This document shows positions 45,156-55,116 of a DNA stretch of 64,000 bases, piece after piece. A model generated the notes under the pieces. That model was not told the origin of the DNA. It worked only from the letters and a program-made list of their open reading frames with translations, and searched no databases. Within the stretch, counting starts at the first letter, position 1. Each line of letters opens with the position of its first letter. Where the stretch lies: the NCBI GenBank assembly GCA_963707635.1, contig OY970173.1:3104001-3168000 (forward strand). Direction: 5' to 3'. This DNA comes from Candidatus Latescibacterota bacterium (GTDB lineage: Bacteria; Krumholzibacteriota; Krumholzibacteriia; WVZY01; JAKEHA01). The position numbers and the translations under genes are program-made.

Positions 45156-46472
45156 ATGCCGGGCGTTGCCGCATACGAGAGCACCTTCAACGCGCTGGAG
45201 CCGGCGCTGCGCGCGGCCGGCCCGGCGTGGGTGCACGACCTGCGCCGCCGGGGACTGGATCGTTTCCGTGAGCTGGGATTCCCGACGCTGCGCGAGGAGG
45301 AGTGGCGCTTCACGCGCACCCGCCCGATCGCCGAGCTGGACTTCGCTCCCGCGCGGGAGTCGCGGGCGGTCGATTCCGCAACCATCGTGGCACGAACCTT
45401 CGACGACGCCGGTTGCGTCCGCGTGGTGCTCGTCAACGGCCGTGCGGCGATGCCGGCAGCCTCGCCGCTCCCGAAAGGCGTTTGGGTGGGAAGCCTCGCC
45501 ACCGCGCTCACCGAGCGTGGCGACCGCGTCCGCGCGGTGTTGAGCCGCGGCGTCGACCTCGACAAGCAGCGCTTTGCCGCGCTCAACACGGCCTTCCTCG
45601 CCGACGGCGTGTTCATCGAGGTGGCGGATGGCGCCGTCATCGAGCAGCCGATTCACATTGTCCACATCACCGTCCCCGGCGACGCACCCGCGATGACGCA
45701 CCCGCGTCTCGTCGTCGCCATCGGCCAAAACGCGCAGGCCTCGGTGGTCGAGAGCTACGTGACCACCGGCGGGGGTCCGTACTTCACCAACGCCGTCTCC
45801 GAGCTGCGGTGCGGCGAAAACGCGACCCTCACCCACTGCAAGGTGCAGCGAGAGGACCTTCGCGCCTTCCACGTCGCCATGCAGCACGCGGTGCTCGCCG
45901 CCCACTCGCGCTTTTCGACTCTGGGCATATCGATGGGCGGGGCGCTGGTTCGTAACGACGTCCACACCATCCTCGACGGCGAAGGCATCGACGCCCGCGT
46001 CGACGGGCTCTACCTGGCCGGCGGACGCCAGCACGTCGACAGCCATACCTTCATCCACCACGCCAAACCGCACTGCCACAGCTTCGAGCTGTACAAGGGC
46101 GTGCTCGACGACCACGCGCGCGGCGTGTTCAACGGACGCATCTACGTGGACCCGATCGCGCAGAAGACCGACGCCAAGCAGGAGAACAACTGCATCCTGC
46201 TCTCCGACGACGCGCGCATCAACTCGAACCCGCAGCTGGAAATCTTCGCCGACGACGTCAAGTGCACGCACGGCGCCGCCATCGGCAAGACCGACGACGA
46301 CGCTCTGTTCTATCTGCGCTCGCGCGGGATCGCGGCCCAGGACGCACGCGACCTGATCGTGTACGCGTTCGCGAGCGAGGTCGTCGAACGCATCGGTATC
46401 GAGCCCCTGAAGCAGGCGCTCGAGAAAGAGGTCTTTGACTGGCTGGAGCAGGCTCGCGCCGCGCGTGGGTAG
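45156..46472 (+). CDS. sufD: Fe-S cluster assembly protein SufD
   Basis: EEWRFT, FAALN and PQLEIFADDVKCTHGA. Confidence 0.95.
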   Translation: MPGVAAYESTFNALEPALRAAGPAWVHDLRRRGLDRFRELGFPTLREEEWRFTRTRPIAELDFAPARESRAVDSATIVARTFDDAGCVRVVLVNGRAAMPAASPLPKGVWVGSLATALTERGDRVRAVLSRGVDLDKQRFAALNTAFLADGVFIEVADGAVIEQPIHIVHITVPGDAPAMTHPRLVVAIGQNAQASVVESYVTTGGGPYFTNAVSELRCGENATLTHCKVQREDLRAFHVAMQHAVLAAHSRFSTLGISMGGALVRNDVHTILDGEGIDARVDGLYLAGGRQHVDSHTFIHHAKPHCHSFELYKGVLDDHARGVFNGRIYVDPIAQKTDAKQENNCILLSDDARINSNPQLEIFADDVKCTHGAAIGKTDDDALFYLRSRGIAAQDARDLIVYAFASEVVERIGIEPLKQALEKEVFDWLEQARAARG

Positions 46473-46478
46473 CGAACC

Positions 46479-47741
46479 ATGAAGACGACCATGAATCGAC
46501 CGGCACCCATCAATTCGACGACGCTGGACCCGGCGCGGGTGCGCCTCGACTTCCCCGCCCTGGCGCAGGAGATCAAGGGCAAGCCCCTGGTCTACCTGGA
46601 CAACGCCGCCACCTCGCAGAAGCCGCGCGCGGTGATCGACGCGATCTCGCGCTTCTACGAGACCTCCAACGCCAACGTCCACCGCGGCGTCCACACGCTC
46701 TCCGTTCGCGCCACCGAGGCGTACGAAGGCGCCCGCGAGAAGGTGCGGGCGTTCATCAACGCCGCCGAGGCCGCCGAGATCGTATTCGTGCGCGGCACCA
46801 CCGAGGGCATCAACCTGGTCGCGAATTCGTTCGGCGCGGCGCGGGTGCGCGAGGGCGATGAGATCGTCATTTCCACGATGGAGCACCACTCCAACATCGT
46901 GCCCTGGCAGATGCTCTGCCAGCGAACCGGTGCGAAGCTGCGGGTGATCCCGATGAGCCGCGACGGGGACCTGTTCCTCGGCGAATTCAAGGGGCTCCTG
47001 AACGAGCGCACGCGTCTCGTGGCCGTGGCTCACGTGTCCAATTCGCTCGGCACCGTGAATCCGGTTCGCGAGATGATCGCGATCGCACACGAGATGGACG
47101 TCCCGGTTTTGATCGACGGCGCGCAGGCCGTTCCGCACTTCCAGGTCGACGTGCGCGCGCTGGGAGCCGACTTTTACGTCTTCTCGGGCCACAAGATGTT
47201 CGGCCCGACCGGGGCGGGCGTGCTGTACGCGCGCCGCGCGCTGCTCGAAACGCTGCCTCCCTACCAGGGCGGCGGCGACATGATTGCGTCGGTCACCTTC
47301 GAGAAGACCACCTACAACGTGCTGCCGCATCGCTTCGAGGCGGGAACGCCGGACATCGCGGCCGTGGTCGGCCTCGGCGCGGCGATCGATTACGTCAGCG
47401 GCCTCGGCGCCGAGGCGATCGAGGCCTACGAGCGCGACCTGGTCGCCTACGCGGTGGAGCGGATCGGCTCGCTCAAGGGAGTGACCCTGATCGCGACCCC
47501 GAAGCACCGGGTGGGCGTGGTCTCGTTCACGCTCGACGGCGTCCATCCGCACGACGTCGGCATGATCCTGGACCACGAGGGCATCGCCATCCGCGCCGGC
47601 CACCACTGCACGCAGCCGGTGATGGACTTCTACGGCGTCCCGGCCACCAACCGCGCGTCGTTCGCCTTCTACAACACGCGCGACGAAGTGGAGCGCCTGG
47701 TGGTGGGCATCGAGAGCGTGCGCAAGGTGTTCCGGAGCTGA
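46479..47741 (+). CDS. sufS: Cysteine desulfurase SufS
   Basis: YLDNAATSQKP, SGHKM and RAGHHC. Confidence 0.96.
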   Translation: MKTTMNRPAPINSTTLDPARVRLDFPALAQEIKGKPLVYLDNAATSQKPRAVIDAISRFYETSNANVHRGVHTLSVRATEAYEGAREKVRAFINAAEAAEIVFVRGTTEGINLVANSFGAARVREGDEIVISTMEHHSNIVPWQMLCQRTGAKLRVIPMSRDGDLFLGEFKGLLNERTRLVAVAHVSNSLGTVNPVREMIAIAHEMDVPVLIDGAQAVPHFQVDVRALGADFYVFSGHKMFGPTGAGVLYARRALLETLPPYQGGGDMIASVTFEKTTYNVLPHRFEAGTPDIAAVVGLGAAIDYVSGLGAEAIEAYERDLVAYAVERIGSLKGVTLIATPKHRVGVVSFTLDGVHPHDVGMILDHEGIAIRAGHHCTQPVMDFYGVPATNRASFAFYNTRDEVERLVVGIESVRKVFRS

Positions 47742-47743
47742 CA

Positions 47744-48199
47744 ATGAGCGACATGCGCGAGCTGTATCAGGAGGTGATCCTCGATCACCACAAGCACCCG
47801 AGGAACTTCGGGAAGCTCGCCGCTGCCAACCGGCACGCGGAAGGGTTCAACCCGCTCTGCGGCGATCGCGTGACCGTATACGCCCTGGTGGAGGGAGACA
47901 TCATCCGCGACCTGTCCTTCGAAGGCAGTGGATGCGCGATCTGCATGGCGAGCTGCTCGCTCATGACCGACGAGCTCAAGGGCCATTCGGTCCAGGACGC
48001 GGAAGCGCTGTTCGGCCGGTTTCACGAGCTGGTCACCGGCGACACCTCCAACGAGCCCGACAGCGATGGTCTCGGGAAGCTCGCCGTGTTCGAAGGCGTG
48101 CGTGAATTTCCGGTGCGCGTGAAGTGCGCCATTCTGCCCTGGCACGCGCTGCGCGCTGCGCTCAAGAGCATGACGGGCGCGGCGGTCACCACGGAGTAA
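47744..48199 (+). CDS. sufU: SUF NifU-family sulfur-transfer protein
   Basis: LYQEVILDH, NPLCGD, GCAI and RVKCA. Confidence 0.94.
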   Translation: MSDMRELYQEVILDHHKHPRNFGKLAAANRHAEGFNPLCGDRVTVYALVEGDIIRDLSFEGSGCAICMASCSLMTDELKGHSVQDAEALFGRFHELVTGDTSNEPDSDGLGKLAVFEGVREFPVRVKCAILPWHALRAALKSMTGAAVTTE

Positions 48200-48201
48200 C
48201 C

Positions 48202-48555
48202 ATGATGCCGGCTCACGAAGAAAATCCGATGCCCTCGAACGCGACCGGCGCCTCCGCGTCGCTGCGCGAGAAGATCATCGAGGCGCTCAAGACGTGTTAC
48301 GACCCGGAGATCCCGATCGACATCTGGGAGCTGGGCCTGATCTACGACATCGACATCGCCGAAACCAACGATGTCGTCGTCACCATGACGCTCACGACGC
48401 CGCACTGCCCGGCCGCGGAAACGCTGCCGGCCGACGTCGAGACCCGGGTGTCGGCGGTCGAAGGGGTCGCGTCGGTCAAAGTCGAAGTTACCTGGGAGCC
48501 CGCGTGGTCGCCGCAATTGATGTCCGAGGCGGCGCGGCTCGAATTGAATCTGTAA
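48202..48555 (+). CDS. sufT: DUF59 / SufT-like Fe-S assembly protein
   Basis: DPEIPIDIWELGLIY, MTLTTPHCP and WEPAWS...MSEAARLEL. Confidence 0.88.
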   Translation: MMPAHEENPMPSNATGASASLREKIIEALKTCYDPEIPIDIWELGLIYDIDIAETNDVVVTMTLTTPHCPAAETLPADVETRVSAVEGVASVKVEVTWEPAWSPQLMSEAARLELNL

Positions 48556-48571
48556 ACGAGGAGGAATCATC

Positions 48572-48991
48572 ATGATGCTCTACCCACCCGAAATTACCGA
48601 GCCCTGCCGGCAGGATCTCGTCCAGGCCGGCGTCGCCGAGTTGAGAACCCCGAGCGACGTCGACATGGTGCTGAAGAACTCCACGGGCACGGTGCTGGTG
48701 ATGGTGAATTCGGTCTGCGGATGCGCCGCGGGCATGGCCCGGCCGGGCCTGAAGATGGCGCTCCAGCACACCAAGCTGCCGGAGAAGATCACGACCGTGT
48801 TCGCCGGCGTCGATCGCGAAGCGACCGAACAGGCGCGCAAGTACATCCCGGGCTACCCGCCGTCTTCGCCCTCGATCGCGTTGCTCAAGGACGGCAAGCC
48901 GGTGTACGTGATGGAGCGCTGGCAGATCGAAGGCCGCAGCCCGCAGGAGATCGCGTACGACCTGGTCGAGGCGTTCGACCAGTTCTGCTAA
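48572..48991 (+). CDS. BrxA/BrxB-family bacilliredoxin
   Basis: VNSVCGCAAG.ARPG, TVFAGVD.EAT and PPSSPSIALLKDG match the YphP/YqiW family. Confidence 0.9.
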   Translation: MMLYPPEITEPCRQDLVQAGVAELRTPSDVDMVLKNSTGTVLVMVNSVCGCAAGMARPGLKMALQHTKLPEKITTVFAGVDREATEQARKYIPGYPPSSPSIALLKDGKPVYVMERWQIEGRSPQEIAYDLVEAFDQFC

Positions 48992-49497
48992 TGAACTCGC
49001 TCTTTCCGGACTTTCCCGACGAGGCGCGGCTGTGGGTCTACCCGCTCGCGAAGCCGCTCTCGGCCGACGAGCGCACGCGCGTGGCCGAGAGCCTGGATGC
49101 ATTCCTGAACGGGTGGGCGTCGCACGGCACGCCGGTGCACGGCGCCTACGCGCTCCTCGACGATCGCTTCGTGCTGATTGCGGGCTACGTGGACGACGGC
49201 GTGTCGGGATGCTCGACGGACTCGATGGTTCGCGTGATGAAGAAGCTGCGCGAGGAATCCGGGATCGACGGCTTCGACCGCACGCTGGTGTTCTTTCGCG
49301 ACTCCGCGAACCGGGTGCAGGCCGTGAGCCGGGAGGACTTCAAGCAACTGGTCGAGGCGGGGAACGTGGATGCGAACACGCCGGTCTTCGACGCGACCAT
49401 CCAGTTCATCGGCGATCTGCGCCGGGGCGGCTTCGAGACGAGCTTCGCGAAGTCGTGGCACGCGAGCGCGTTCAGCCCGCCACCCCCAGCTCGTTGA
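48991..49497 (+). CDS. Conserved hypothetical protein with SGCSxD motif
   Basis: ARLWVY, W.SHG, VSGCSTDS and terminal SWH; start overlaps the brx stop (TAATG). Confidence 0.75.
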   Translation: MNSLFPDFPDEARLWVYPLAKPLSADERTRVAESLDAFLNGWASHGTPVHGAYALLDDRFVLIAGYVDDGVSGCSTDSMVRVMKKLREESGIDGFDRTLVFFRDSANRVQAVSREDFKQLVEAGNVDANTPVFDATIQFIGDLRRGGFETSFAKSWHASAFSPPPPAR

Positions 49498-50512
49498 TCC
49501 TCCAGATCATCTCGATCAGGCGCGACGGACTCTGACGGTTCAGCGCGAACACCAGCCGGGGCTTGTCCGCCAGCTCCGGCTCGTTCGATTCTTCCGACAG
49601 TGCCCGCGACTTTTCGATCGCCCCCCGCTTCACCAGGTCGGCGAATTCGCTCGCCAGCGTCTTGAGCGCCGCATCTGAAAGTTCGCGCTCGAGCCGCACC
49701 ACCAGCCGGTCGCGCACGAAGCGCATGGAGTGGTAGACGGAGTAGAATCGCTTCACGTGCGCCACTCCCTCTTCCGGCGAGTGCACGATCTTGTAGAGCA
49801 GGGTGTCGCGCTCCGAGATGAGCTTGCGGCCCAGCAGCTCCTTGCGGATGAACGCGTCGAAGCTCTCCCAGTAGGTTTCCCCCGGCAATTCCATCAGCAG
49901 GAACGGCATCGGCGTCGCCTTGCCGGTCTGGATCAGCGTGAGCGTCTCGAAGCCTTCGTCGTGGGTGCCGAACCCGCCCGGGAAGAGCGCCACCGCGCTC
50001 GCTTCCATGAGGAAGAAGATCTTGCGCGTGAAGAAATACTTGAACGTGATGAGCTTGGGGTCGTCGCCGATCACCGGGTTGGGCGCCTGCTCGAACGGCA
50101 GGAGGATGTTCACCCCGAAGCTCGCTTCGGCGCCGGCGCCCACATTCCCTGCCTTCATGATTCCCTCGGCCGCACCGGTGATGACCATGAAGCCCGCCTG
50201 CACGAGCTGGCGGGCGAACTCGACCGCCATCGCGTAGTAGGGATCGTCTTCCGGCGTGCGCGCGGAGCCGAAGATCGAGACCTTGCGCCGGTCGCGGTAG
50301 GGCTTGAACACGCGCGCCGCGTAGCGGAACTCCGCCATCGCGCGGCTCAACACCTTGAGGTCGAGGACGTCCAGCTCGTCGCGCCGGCATTTGAGCGCGT
50401 GCACGATCAACTCGCGCACGAGCCGGGTGGCGATGTCGGGGTCGGGGTCGGCGTAGAGGGCGCGAATCTCGTCGAGCACGCGCTCGGGGGTGTCGAATTC
50501 TTTCTTGATCAT
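49472..50512 (-). CDS. LOG-family nucleotide phosphoribohydrolase (Rossmann fold)
   Basis: SIFGSART, FKYFFTRK and PGGFGTHDE. Confidence 0.88.
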   Translation of the reverse strand: MIKKEFDTPERVLDEIRALYADPDPDIATRLVRELIVHALKCRRDELDVLDLKVLSRAMAEFRYAARVFKPYRDRRKVSIFGSARTPEDDPYYAMAVEFARQLVQAGFMVITGAAEGIMKAGNVGAGAEASFGVNILLPFEQAPNPVIGDDPKLITFKYFFTRKIFFLMEASAVALFPGGFGTHDEGFETLTLIQTGKATPMPFLLMELPGETYWESFDAFIRKELLGRKLISERDTLLYKIVHSPEEGVAHVKRFYSVYHSMRFVRDRLVVRLERELSDAALKTLASEFADLVKRGAIEKSRALSEESNEPELADKPRLVFALNRQSPSRLIEMIWRINELGVAG

Positions 50513-50513
50513 G

Positions 50514-51176
50514 TCAGCCGATCAGGTCGAGGAGTCGAGAGAGATTGGGTTCACGAACCACGTGGGTGGCCAGCCGCGCGAGCTCGGTCGAGCGCGGGTT
50601 GAACGCCACCACGCACCCGGCCACACCCACCATGGGCACGTCGTTGGCGCCGTCGCCTACGAACGCCGCACGGTCGAGCGTCACCGCGTGCTTCTTCGAG
50701 AGTTCGCGCAGCGCCACCGGCTTCCCCTCGAGGTCGAACGGGGTCGCCTCCCAGCCGGTGAGCTGGCCGTGATCGTCGAACAGGAGCCGGTTGGAATACA
50801 CGTCGTCGAACGGGTGCTCGGGAAACAGGGTTTCGATCACGATGTCGAGCGTGCCGGAGATGATGGCGAGCCGCGCGCCGCGGCGCTTCAGCTCCCACAG
50901 CGTGGAATGCGCGCCGTCGAAGCGTTCGAACTCCCGGACCGCATCGACGACTTCGGCGCGCGTGGCCCCGGCGTCGATCCACCCCTGCACGTCCAGCTCG
51001 ACCCACTGCGGATACGTGATCTTGCCCTCGTTGTACCAGCGGTGACGCTGCGCGTTGACGCGGTCGTCGCCGGTGAAGCGCCGGTTTAAGACTTCCCAGA
51101 TCACCTTTCCGGTGGGATGGCGCACCAGAGTTCCGTCGACGTCGAAGCAGATGAGGTCATAGGAACGGTGGGCCAC
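50514..51176 (-). CDS. HAD-superfamily phosphatase (phosphoserine phosphatase-like)
   Basis: FDVDGTL, IISG, K and VGDGAND. Confidence 0.85.
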   Translation of the reverse strand: MAHRSYDLICFDVDGTLVRHPTGKVIWEVLNRRFTGDDRVNAQRHRWYNEGKITYPQWVELDVQGWIDAGATRAEVVDAVREFERFDGAHSTLWELKRRGARLAIISGTLDIVIETLFPEHPFDDVYSNRLLFDDHGQLTGWEATPFDLEGKPVALRELSKKHAVTLDRAAFVGDGANDVPMVGVAGCVVAFNPRSTELARLATHVVREPNLSRLLDLIG

Positions 51177-51251
51177 GGTCCCATTCTACCCCAAGGCCAC
51201 GGCACCGGTCGAGATCGACTTCCCGCTGATCCGGCGCGCCGGAGTCCGCCC

Positions 51252-51279
51252 TTGCAATCCGGTCGAGGCGGCTTACAAT
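51252..51279 (+). promoter_or_regulatory. sigma70-type promoter for the ECF sigma operon
   Basis: TTGCAA-16 nt-TACAAT. Confidence 0.55.
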
Positions 51280-51305
51280 GGGCGCGTGGCATTCGAGGCC
51301 GCCGC

Positions 51306-51866
51306 ATGAGCAATGACCGACCGGCTGACGAGCGCGACCCGTCCCGCTGGGTCGACGAGCACGGCGACGCGCTGTTCCGGTTCGCGATCCTCCGGGTCAA
51401 GGACCCGGAGCTCGCCGGCGACCTCGTGCAGGACACCTTCCTATCTGCGCTCAAGGCAAAGGAGGGCTTCCGGGGCGGTTCGTCGCTGCGCACGTGGCTG
51501 GTCGGCATCCTCAAGCACAAGATCATCGACCACTACCGCAAGCACCGGATCGAGGTGCTCGAGAGCGACCTCCAGAGCGTCGGCGAGGCCCCGGACTTCG
51601 AGCACGCGGACCGGGTCACGACCCGGTGGAGCGAGACCCCCTCGCAGCTGGTCGAGAACCGGGAGTTCTGGGGCGTGCTGACGAATTGCCTGGCGGGCCT
51701 CCCGGAGGCGCACCGGCGCGCGTTCTCCATGCGGGAATTCGACGGGCTCGAAGGGGAGGAAATCTGTAAGGTGCTCGGAGTGACCCCGACGAACCTGTGG
51801 GTCATGCTGCACCGAGCCCGCGCGAAGCTGCGCAAGTGTCTGGAGTCGACCTGGTTCGAGGTGTAA
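51306..51866 (+). CDS. ECF sigma-70 factor
   Basis: DLVQDTF, SLRTWLVGILKHK and EICKVLGVTPTNLWVMLHRAR. Confidence 0.92.
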   Translation: MSNDRPADERDPSRWVDEHGDALFRFAILRVKDPELAGDLVQDTFLSALKAKEGFRGGSSLRTWLVGILKHKIIDHYRKHRIEVLESDLQSVGEAPDFEHADRVTTRWSETPSQLVENREFWGVLTNCLAGLPEAHRRAFSMREFDGLEGEEICKVLGVTPTNLWVMLHRARAKLRKCLESTWFEV

Positions 51867-51881
51867 CTTCGCCTACTGCCA

Positions 51882-52133
51882 ATGATCGGTTGCCGTGAAA
51901 CCGCCCGCCTGCTTTCGGAGCAGCGCGATCGCCACCTCCCGTGGCGAACGCGCTTCGCGCTGCGCGTGCACCTCTTCCTCTGCAAGCTGTGCAAGGTCTA
52001 CGCGACGCAGATCGGAGTGGTGAGCCGGGTCGCGCAGGTGGCCGGAAACGCGGCCCCGGAGCGGTGTCCGGAATGCCTCCCCGCCACGCGCAAGGAGCAG
52101 ATCAAGGACGCCCTCTCGAAGGAATCCCGCTAG
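51882..52133 (+). CDS. zf-HC2 soluble anti-sigma factor
   Basis: C...HLFLCKLC zinc motif directly after the ECF sigma gene. Confidence 0.85.
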   Translation: MIGCRETARLLSEQRDRHLPWRTRFALRVHLFLCKLCKVYATQIGVVSRVAQVAGNAAPERCPECLPATRKEQIKDALSKESR

Positions 52134-53992
52134 TCCATTTTCTCCCGCCACCACAGCTCCAGCATCATCAGCGTCCAGATCATCGACGAGTTGTCGCGTC
52201 TGCCCGCGTGGTGCTCGTGCATGATCCGCCGCAGGAACTCCGGCCGAAACGTGCCGCGCAGGAGCGCTCGTTTTCCCAGCACCAGGTCCTCGCTGCTCGC
52301 GGCCCATTCCTTCTTGAGCCAATAGCCGATGGGAATCCCGAACCCCATCTTGGGCCGATAGACGAGTTCGCGCGGCATGAGACGCTCGGCGACCTTCTTG
52401 AGAATGTACTTGGTGGTCATTCCCTTCATCCGCATATCCACCGGTATGGTCGCCGCAAACTCCGCGAGCACGTGGTCCAAGAGCGGCGCGCGTGATTCGA
52501 GCGACACCAGCATGCTGGTGCGGTCGACCTTCGCGAGGATGTCGCCGGGCAGGTACGTGTGCGTGTCCAGGTACTGCCGGCGGGTCAGGGGATCCGCGCC
52601 GGCCACCTTGTCCAGGAATGGCCGCGCCAATCGGGTAGGGTCCGTATCCGCGCGGCCGGCGATCTCGTCCGAGAACACCTCGACGCGTGTCTGCTGGAGT
52701 CCGCGCGTCATGTGGCGGAGGTACTGCTCGTCCGCGGTTCCCAGCAGGTTGCGGATGCGATCGACCCCGGGCGCGCCGGGTGGAAGCGAGCGCGCAATCG
52801 GCGCCAGCAAGGCGTTGCGCAGGCCCGCCGGCAGCGCATTCACCGCCCGCATCCCGGCTGGGACGCGGTAGCGAAGATAGCCGGCAAACAGCTCGTCGCC
52901 TCCGTCGCCGGATAGCGCCACCGTGACGCGTTTTCGTGCCATGCGCGCGACATAATACGTCGGCAGCATGGACGAGTCCGCAAAGGGCTCGTCGAATTGG
53001 CGCACCAGCGCGAGCACGTCCTTCTCCGCCTCCGGGCGAACGATCTCTTCGTGGTGCTCGGTATGGAAGTGCTCCGCGACGCGTCGCGCACTCGCGAGCT
53101 CGTTGTACTCCGGCTCCTCGAAACCGATCGAGAATGTCTTCACGGGTTCGCGCGAGTGCTTCGCCATGAGCGCCACCACGACGCTCGAGTCCGTCCCGCC
53201 GCTCAAGAACGCCCCCAGCGGAACCTCGCTCATCAGCCGGATGCGGACCGCCTCGTCCACGATCTCCAGCGCGCGGTCGATGTAGAACGTCTCCGGCTGC
53301 GGCTTCTGGGGGGCCAGGTAGTCGACGTCCCAGTAGCACTCGACGTGAACGCGACCGGCCTGGTACGTCAGCCAGTGCGCGGGCGGCAGCTTCGCGATGC
53401 CCTCGTAGATGGACTCCGGGTCGGGGACGTAGCCCCATCCGACGTAGTCGACCAGCGCCTGCCAGTTGACGCGCCGCGCGACGTCCGGCAGTGAGAGAAT
53501 CGCTTTCAGCTCCGAACCAAACACGACGCGGCGCCCGTCGTGTAGGTAGTACAGGGGCTTCTTGCCGAGCCGGTCGCGCGCCAGAAAGAGGCGGCCGCGC
53601 GGGGCGTCCCAGATCGCGATCGTGAACATCCCGCGCAGATGCTTGACGCAGTCGGTGCCGTACTCCTCGTAGGCGTGGAGGATGGTCTCGGTGTCGCTCT
53701 GCGTGGCGTAGCGATGGCCGCGCCGTTCGAGTTCCCGGCGCACGTCGCGGTGGTTGTAGATTTCGCCGTTGAAGACGATCGCGCAGGTGCGATCTTCGTT
53801 GAAGATGGGCTGGTGGCCGGTGGCGACGTCGATGATCGCGAGCCGGGTCATGCCGATTCCGGCCCGCCCGTCGACGAAGACACCCGTGTCGTCGGGGCCG
53901 CGATGGCGGATCGTGTCGCACATGGCGCGCAACGTCGCTTCGGAAACGCGCGCCTCCCGATCCCCGAATACGATGCCGGCGATGCCGCACAT
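52130..53992 (-). CDS. asnB: Asparagine synthase (glutamine-hydrolysing)-family amidotransferase
   Basis: MCGIAG, HRGPD, FNGEIYN, LSGGTDSS and SGDGGDELFAGY. Confidence 0.93.
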   Translation of the reverse strand: MCGIAGIVFGDREARVSEATLRAMCDTIRHRGPDDTGVFVDGRAGIGMTRLAIIDVATGHQPIFNEDRTCAIVFNGEIYNHRDVRRELERRGHRYATQSDTETILHAYEEYGTDCVKHLRGMFTIAIWDAPRGRLFLARDRLGKKPLYYLHDGRRVVFGSELKAILSLPDVARRVNWQALVDYVGWGYVPDPESIYEGIAKLPPAHWLTYQAGRVHVECYWDVDYLAPQKPQPETFYIDRALEIVDEAVRIRLMSEVPLGAFLSGGTDSSVVVALMAKHSREPVKTFSIGFEEPEYNELASARRVAEHFHTEHHEEIVRPEAEKDVLALVRQFDEPFADSSMLPTYYVARMARKRVTVALSGDGGDELFAGYLRYRVPAGMRAVNALPAGLRNALLAPIARSLPPGAPGVDRIRNLLGTADEQYLRHMTRGLQQTRVEVFSDEIAGRADTDPTRLARPFLDKVAGADPLTRRQYLDTHTYLPGDILAKVDRTSMLVSLESRAPLLDHVLAEFAATIPVDMRMKGMTTKYILKKVAERLMPRELVYRPKMGFGIPIGYWLKKEWAASSEDLVLGKRALLRGTFRPEFLRRIMHEHHAGRRDNSSMIWTLMMLELWWREKMD

Positions 53993-54109
53993 GGGCTGTC
54001 AATTGTAGCATTGCCGCGGCGGGAACCCCACGACGAATCCCGGTGTTAGATAGCGCTGGAACCCGCGGCCGCCATCCGATAGGATGGCGAAAGCCTCTCC
54101 GGTTGCAAA

Positions 54110-54640
54110 ATGAAGTCGTTTTTCTCCGAAATCTTCGGCGGCCTGGTCGTGATCGTGGTTGCCACCGTGATCGGTGTCACGGTCAACGGCATGCGCCCGA
54201 ACGGCGTGGCGCTGATCCCGTCCGGCGCGCCCGTATCGACCGTCCAGCACGGTGACGCCCCGGCCGCCGCTGACACGGCGCTGGCCGATACCACCGTGGC
54301 CGAGGGCGCGATTTCGCTCGCCGAGATGAAGCGGCGCTTCGACGAAGGCACCGGTTTCATCATCGACGCCCGCAGCCCCGAGGAATACCAGCAGGGCCAC
54401 ATCCCGGGCGCGATCAACATTCCGCACGATCGCATCCCCGAGTACCTCGACGCGCTCAATTCGCAGGTGCCGACGGACGGCGAGGTCTCCATCTACTGCC
54501 GCGGCCCCGCGTGCGATTTCAGCGACCTGCTTGCCACCGAAATGAAGATGCTCGGCTACACGAACGTCTCTGTTTTCTCGGGTGGGTGGGAGCAATGGAC
54601 GCTCGCGGGCTACCCGACCGAAGGGATGATGCCCAAGTGA
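54110..54640 (+). CDS. Membrane-anchored rhodanese-like protein
   Basis: N-terminal TM; IDAR, GHIPGAINI, YCRGPAC and GGWEQW. Confidence 0.85.
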   Translation: MKSFFSEIFGGLVVIVVATVIGVTVNGMRPNGVALIPSGAPVSTVQHGDAPAAADTALADTTVAEGAISLAEMKRRFDEGTGFIIDARSPEEYQQGHIPGAINIPHDRIPEYLDALNSQVPTDGEVSIYCRGPACDFSDLLATEMKMLGYTNVSVFSGGWEQWTLAGYPTEGMMPK

Positions 54641-55116
54641 TCGGGAGCCTGTTGACGGGTCGCGGGCTGAACCTCGTGTTGCGGCTCTTTCTCGGAGGGC
54701 TCTTCGCCTACGCCGCGTTCAGCAAGGTGGTGGATCCCGCCGCGTTCGCCATGTCGGTGCGCGGGTACAAGATCGTCCCCTTCGCGCTGTCGAACCTGTT
54801 CGCGCTCTCGGTGTCGTGGACCGAGCTTCTCGCCGGCGTCATGCTGATCCTCGGGCTGTGGACGCGCAAGGCCGCCGGAGCGATCGCCATCCTGCTCGCG
54901 ATGTTCATCGTAGCGATCACGATGGTGCTGGTGCGGGGGATGGTGGTGGACTGCGGGTGCTTCGGCGAAGGCGGGTCGTCGACGTCGTGGCTCCTGATCG
55001 TCCGCAATCTCGCGCTGCTCACCGCGGCGATCCTCGTCATCCGCTACAACGACGGTTTCGCGAGCCTGCATGCGGGCCGGCGGGCCGGCGGCGAGCGCCG
55101 ATTCTCTACCAGTTGA
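54637..55116 (+). CDS. MauE/DoxX-family redox membrane protein
   Basis: RLFLG, DP..F, ELLAG, DCGCFG and RNL; GTGA overlap with the rhodanese gene. Confidence 0.85.
   Translation: MIGSLLTGRGLNLVLRLFLGGLFAYAAFSKVVDPAAFAMSVRGYKIVPFALSNLFALSVSWTELLAGVMLILGLWTRKAAGAIAILLAMFIVAITMVLVRGMVVDCGCFGEGGSSTSWLLIVRNLALLTAAILVIRYNDGFASLHAGRRAGGERRFSTS

Noticed and set aside
45084..47744. Long antisense ORFs (e.g. 886 aa here, 22372-25050, 55070-57502, 30107-32482)
   Set aside because: Shadow ORFs expected opposite real genes in high-GC DNA; no recognisable motifs.
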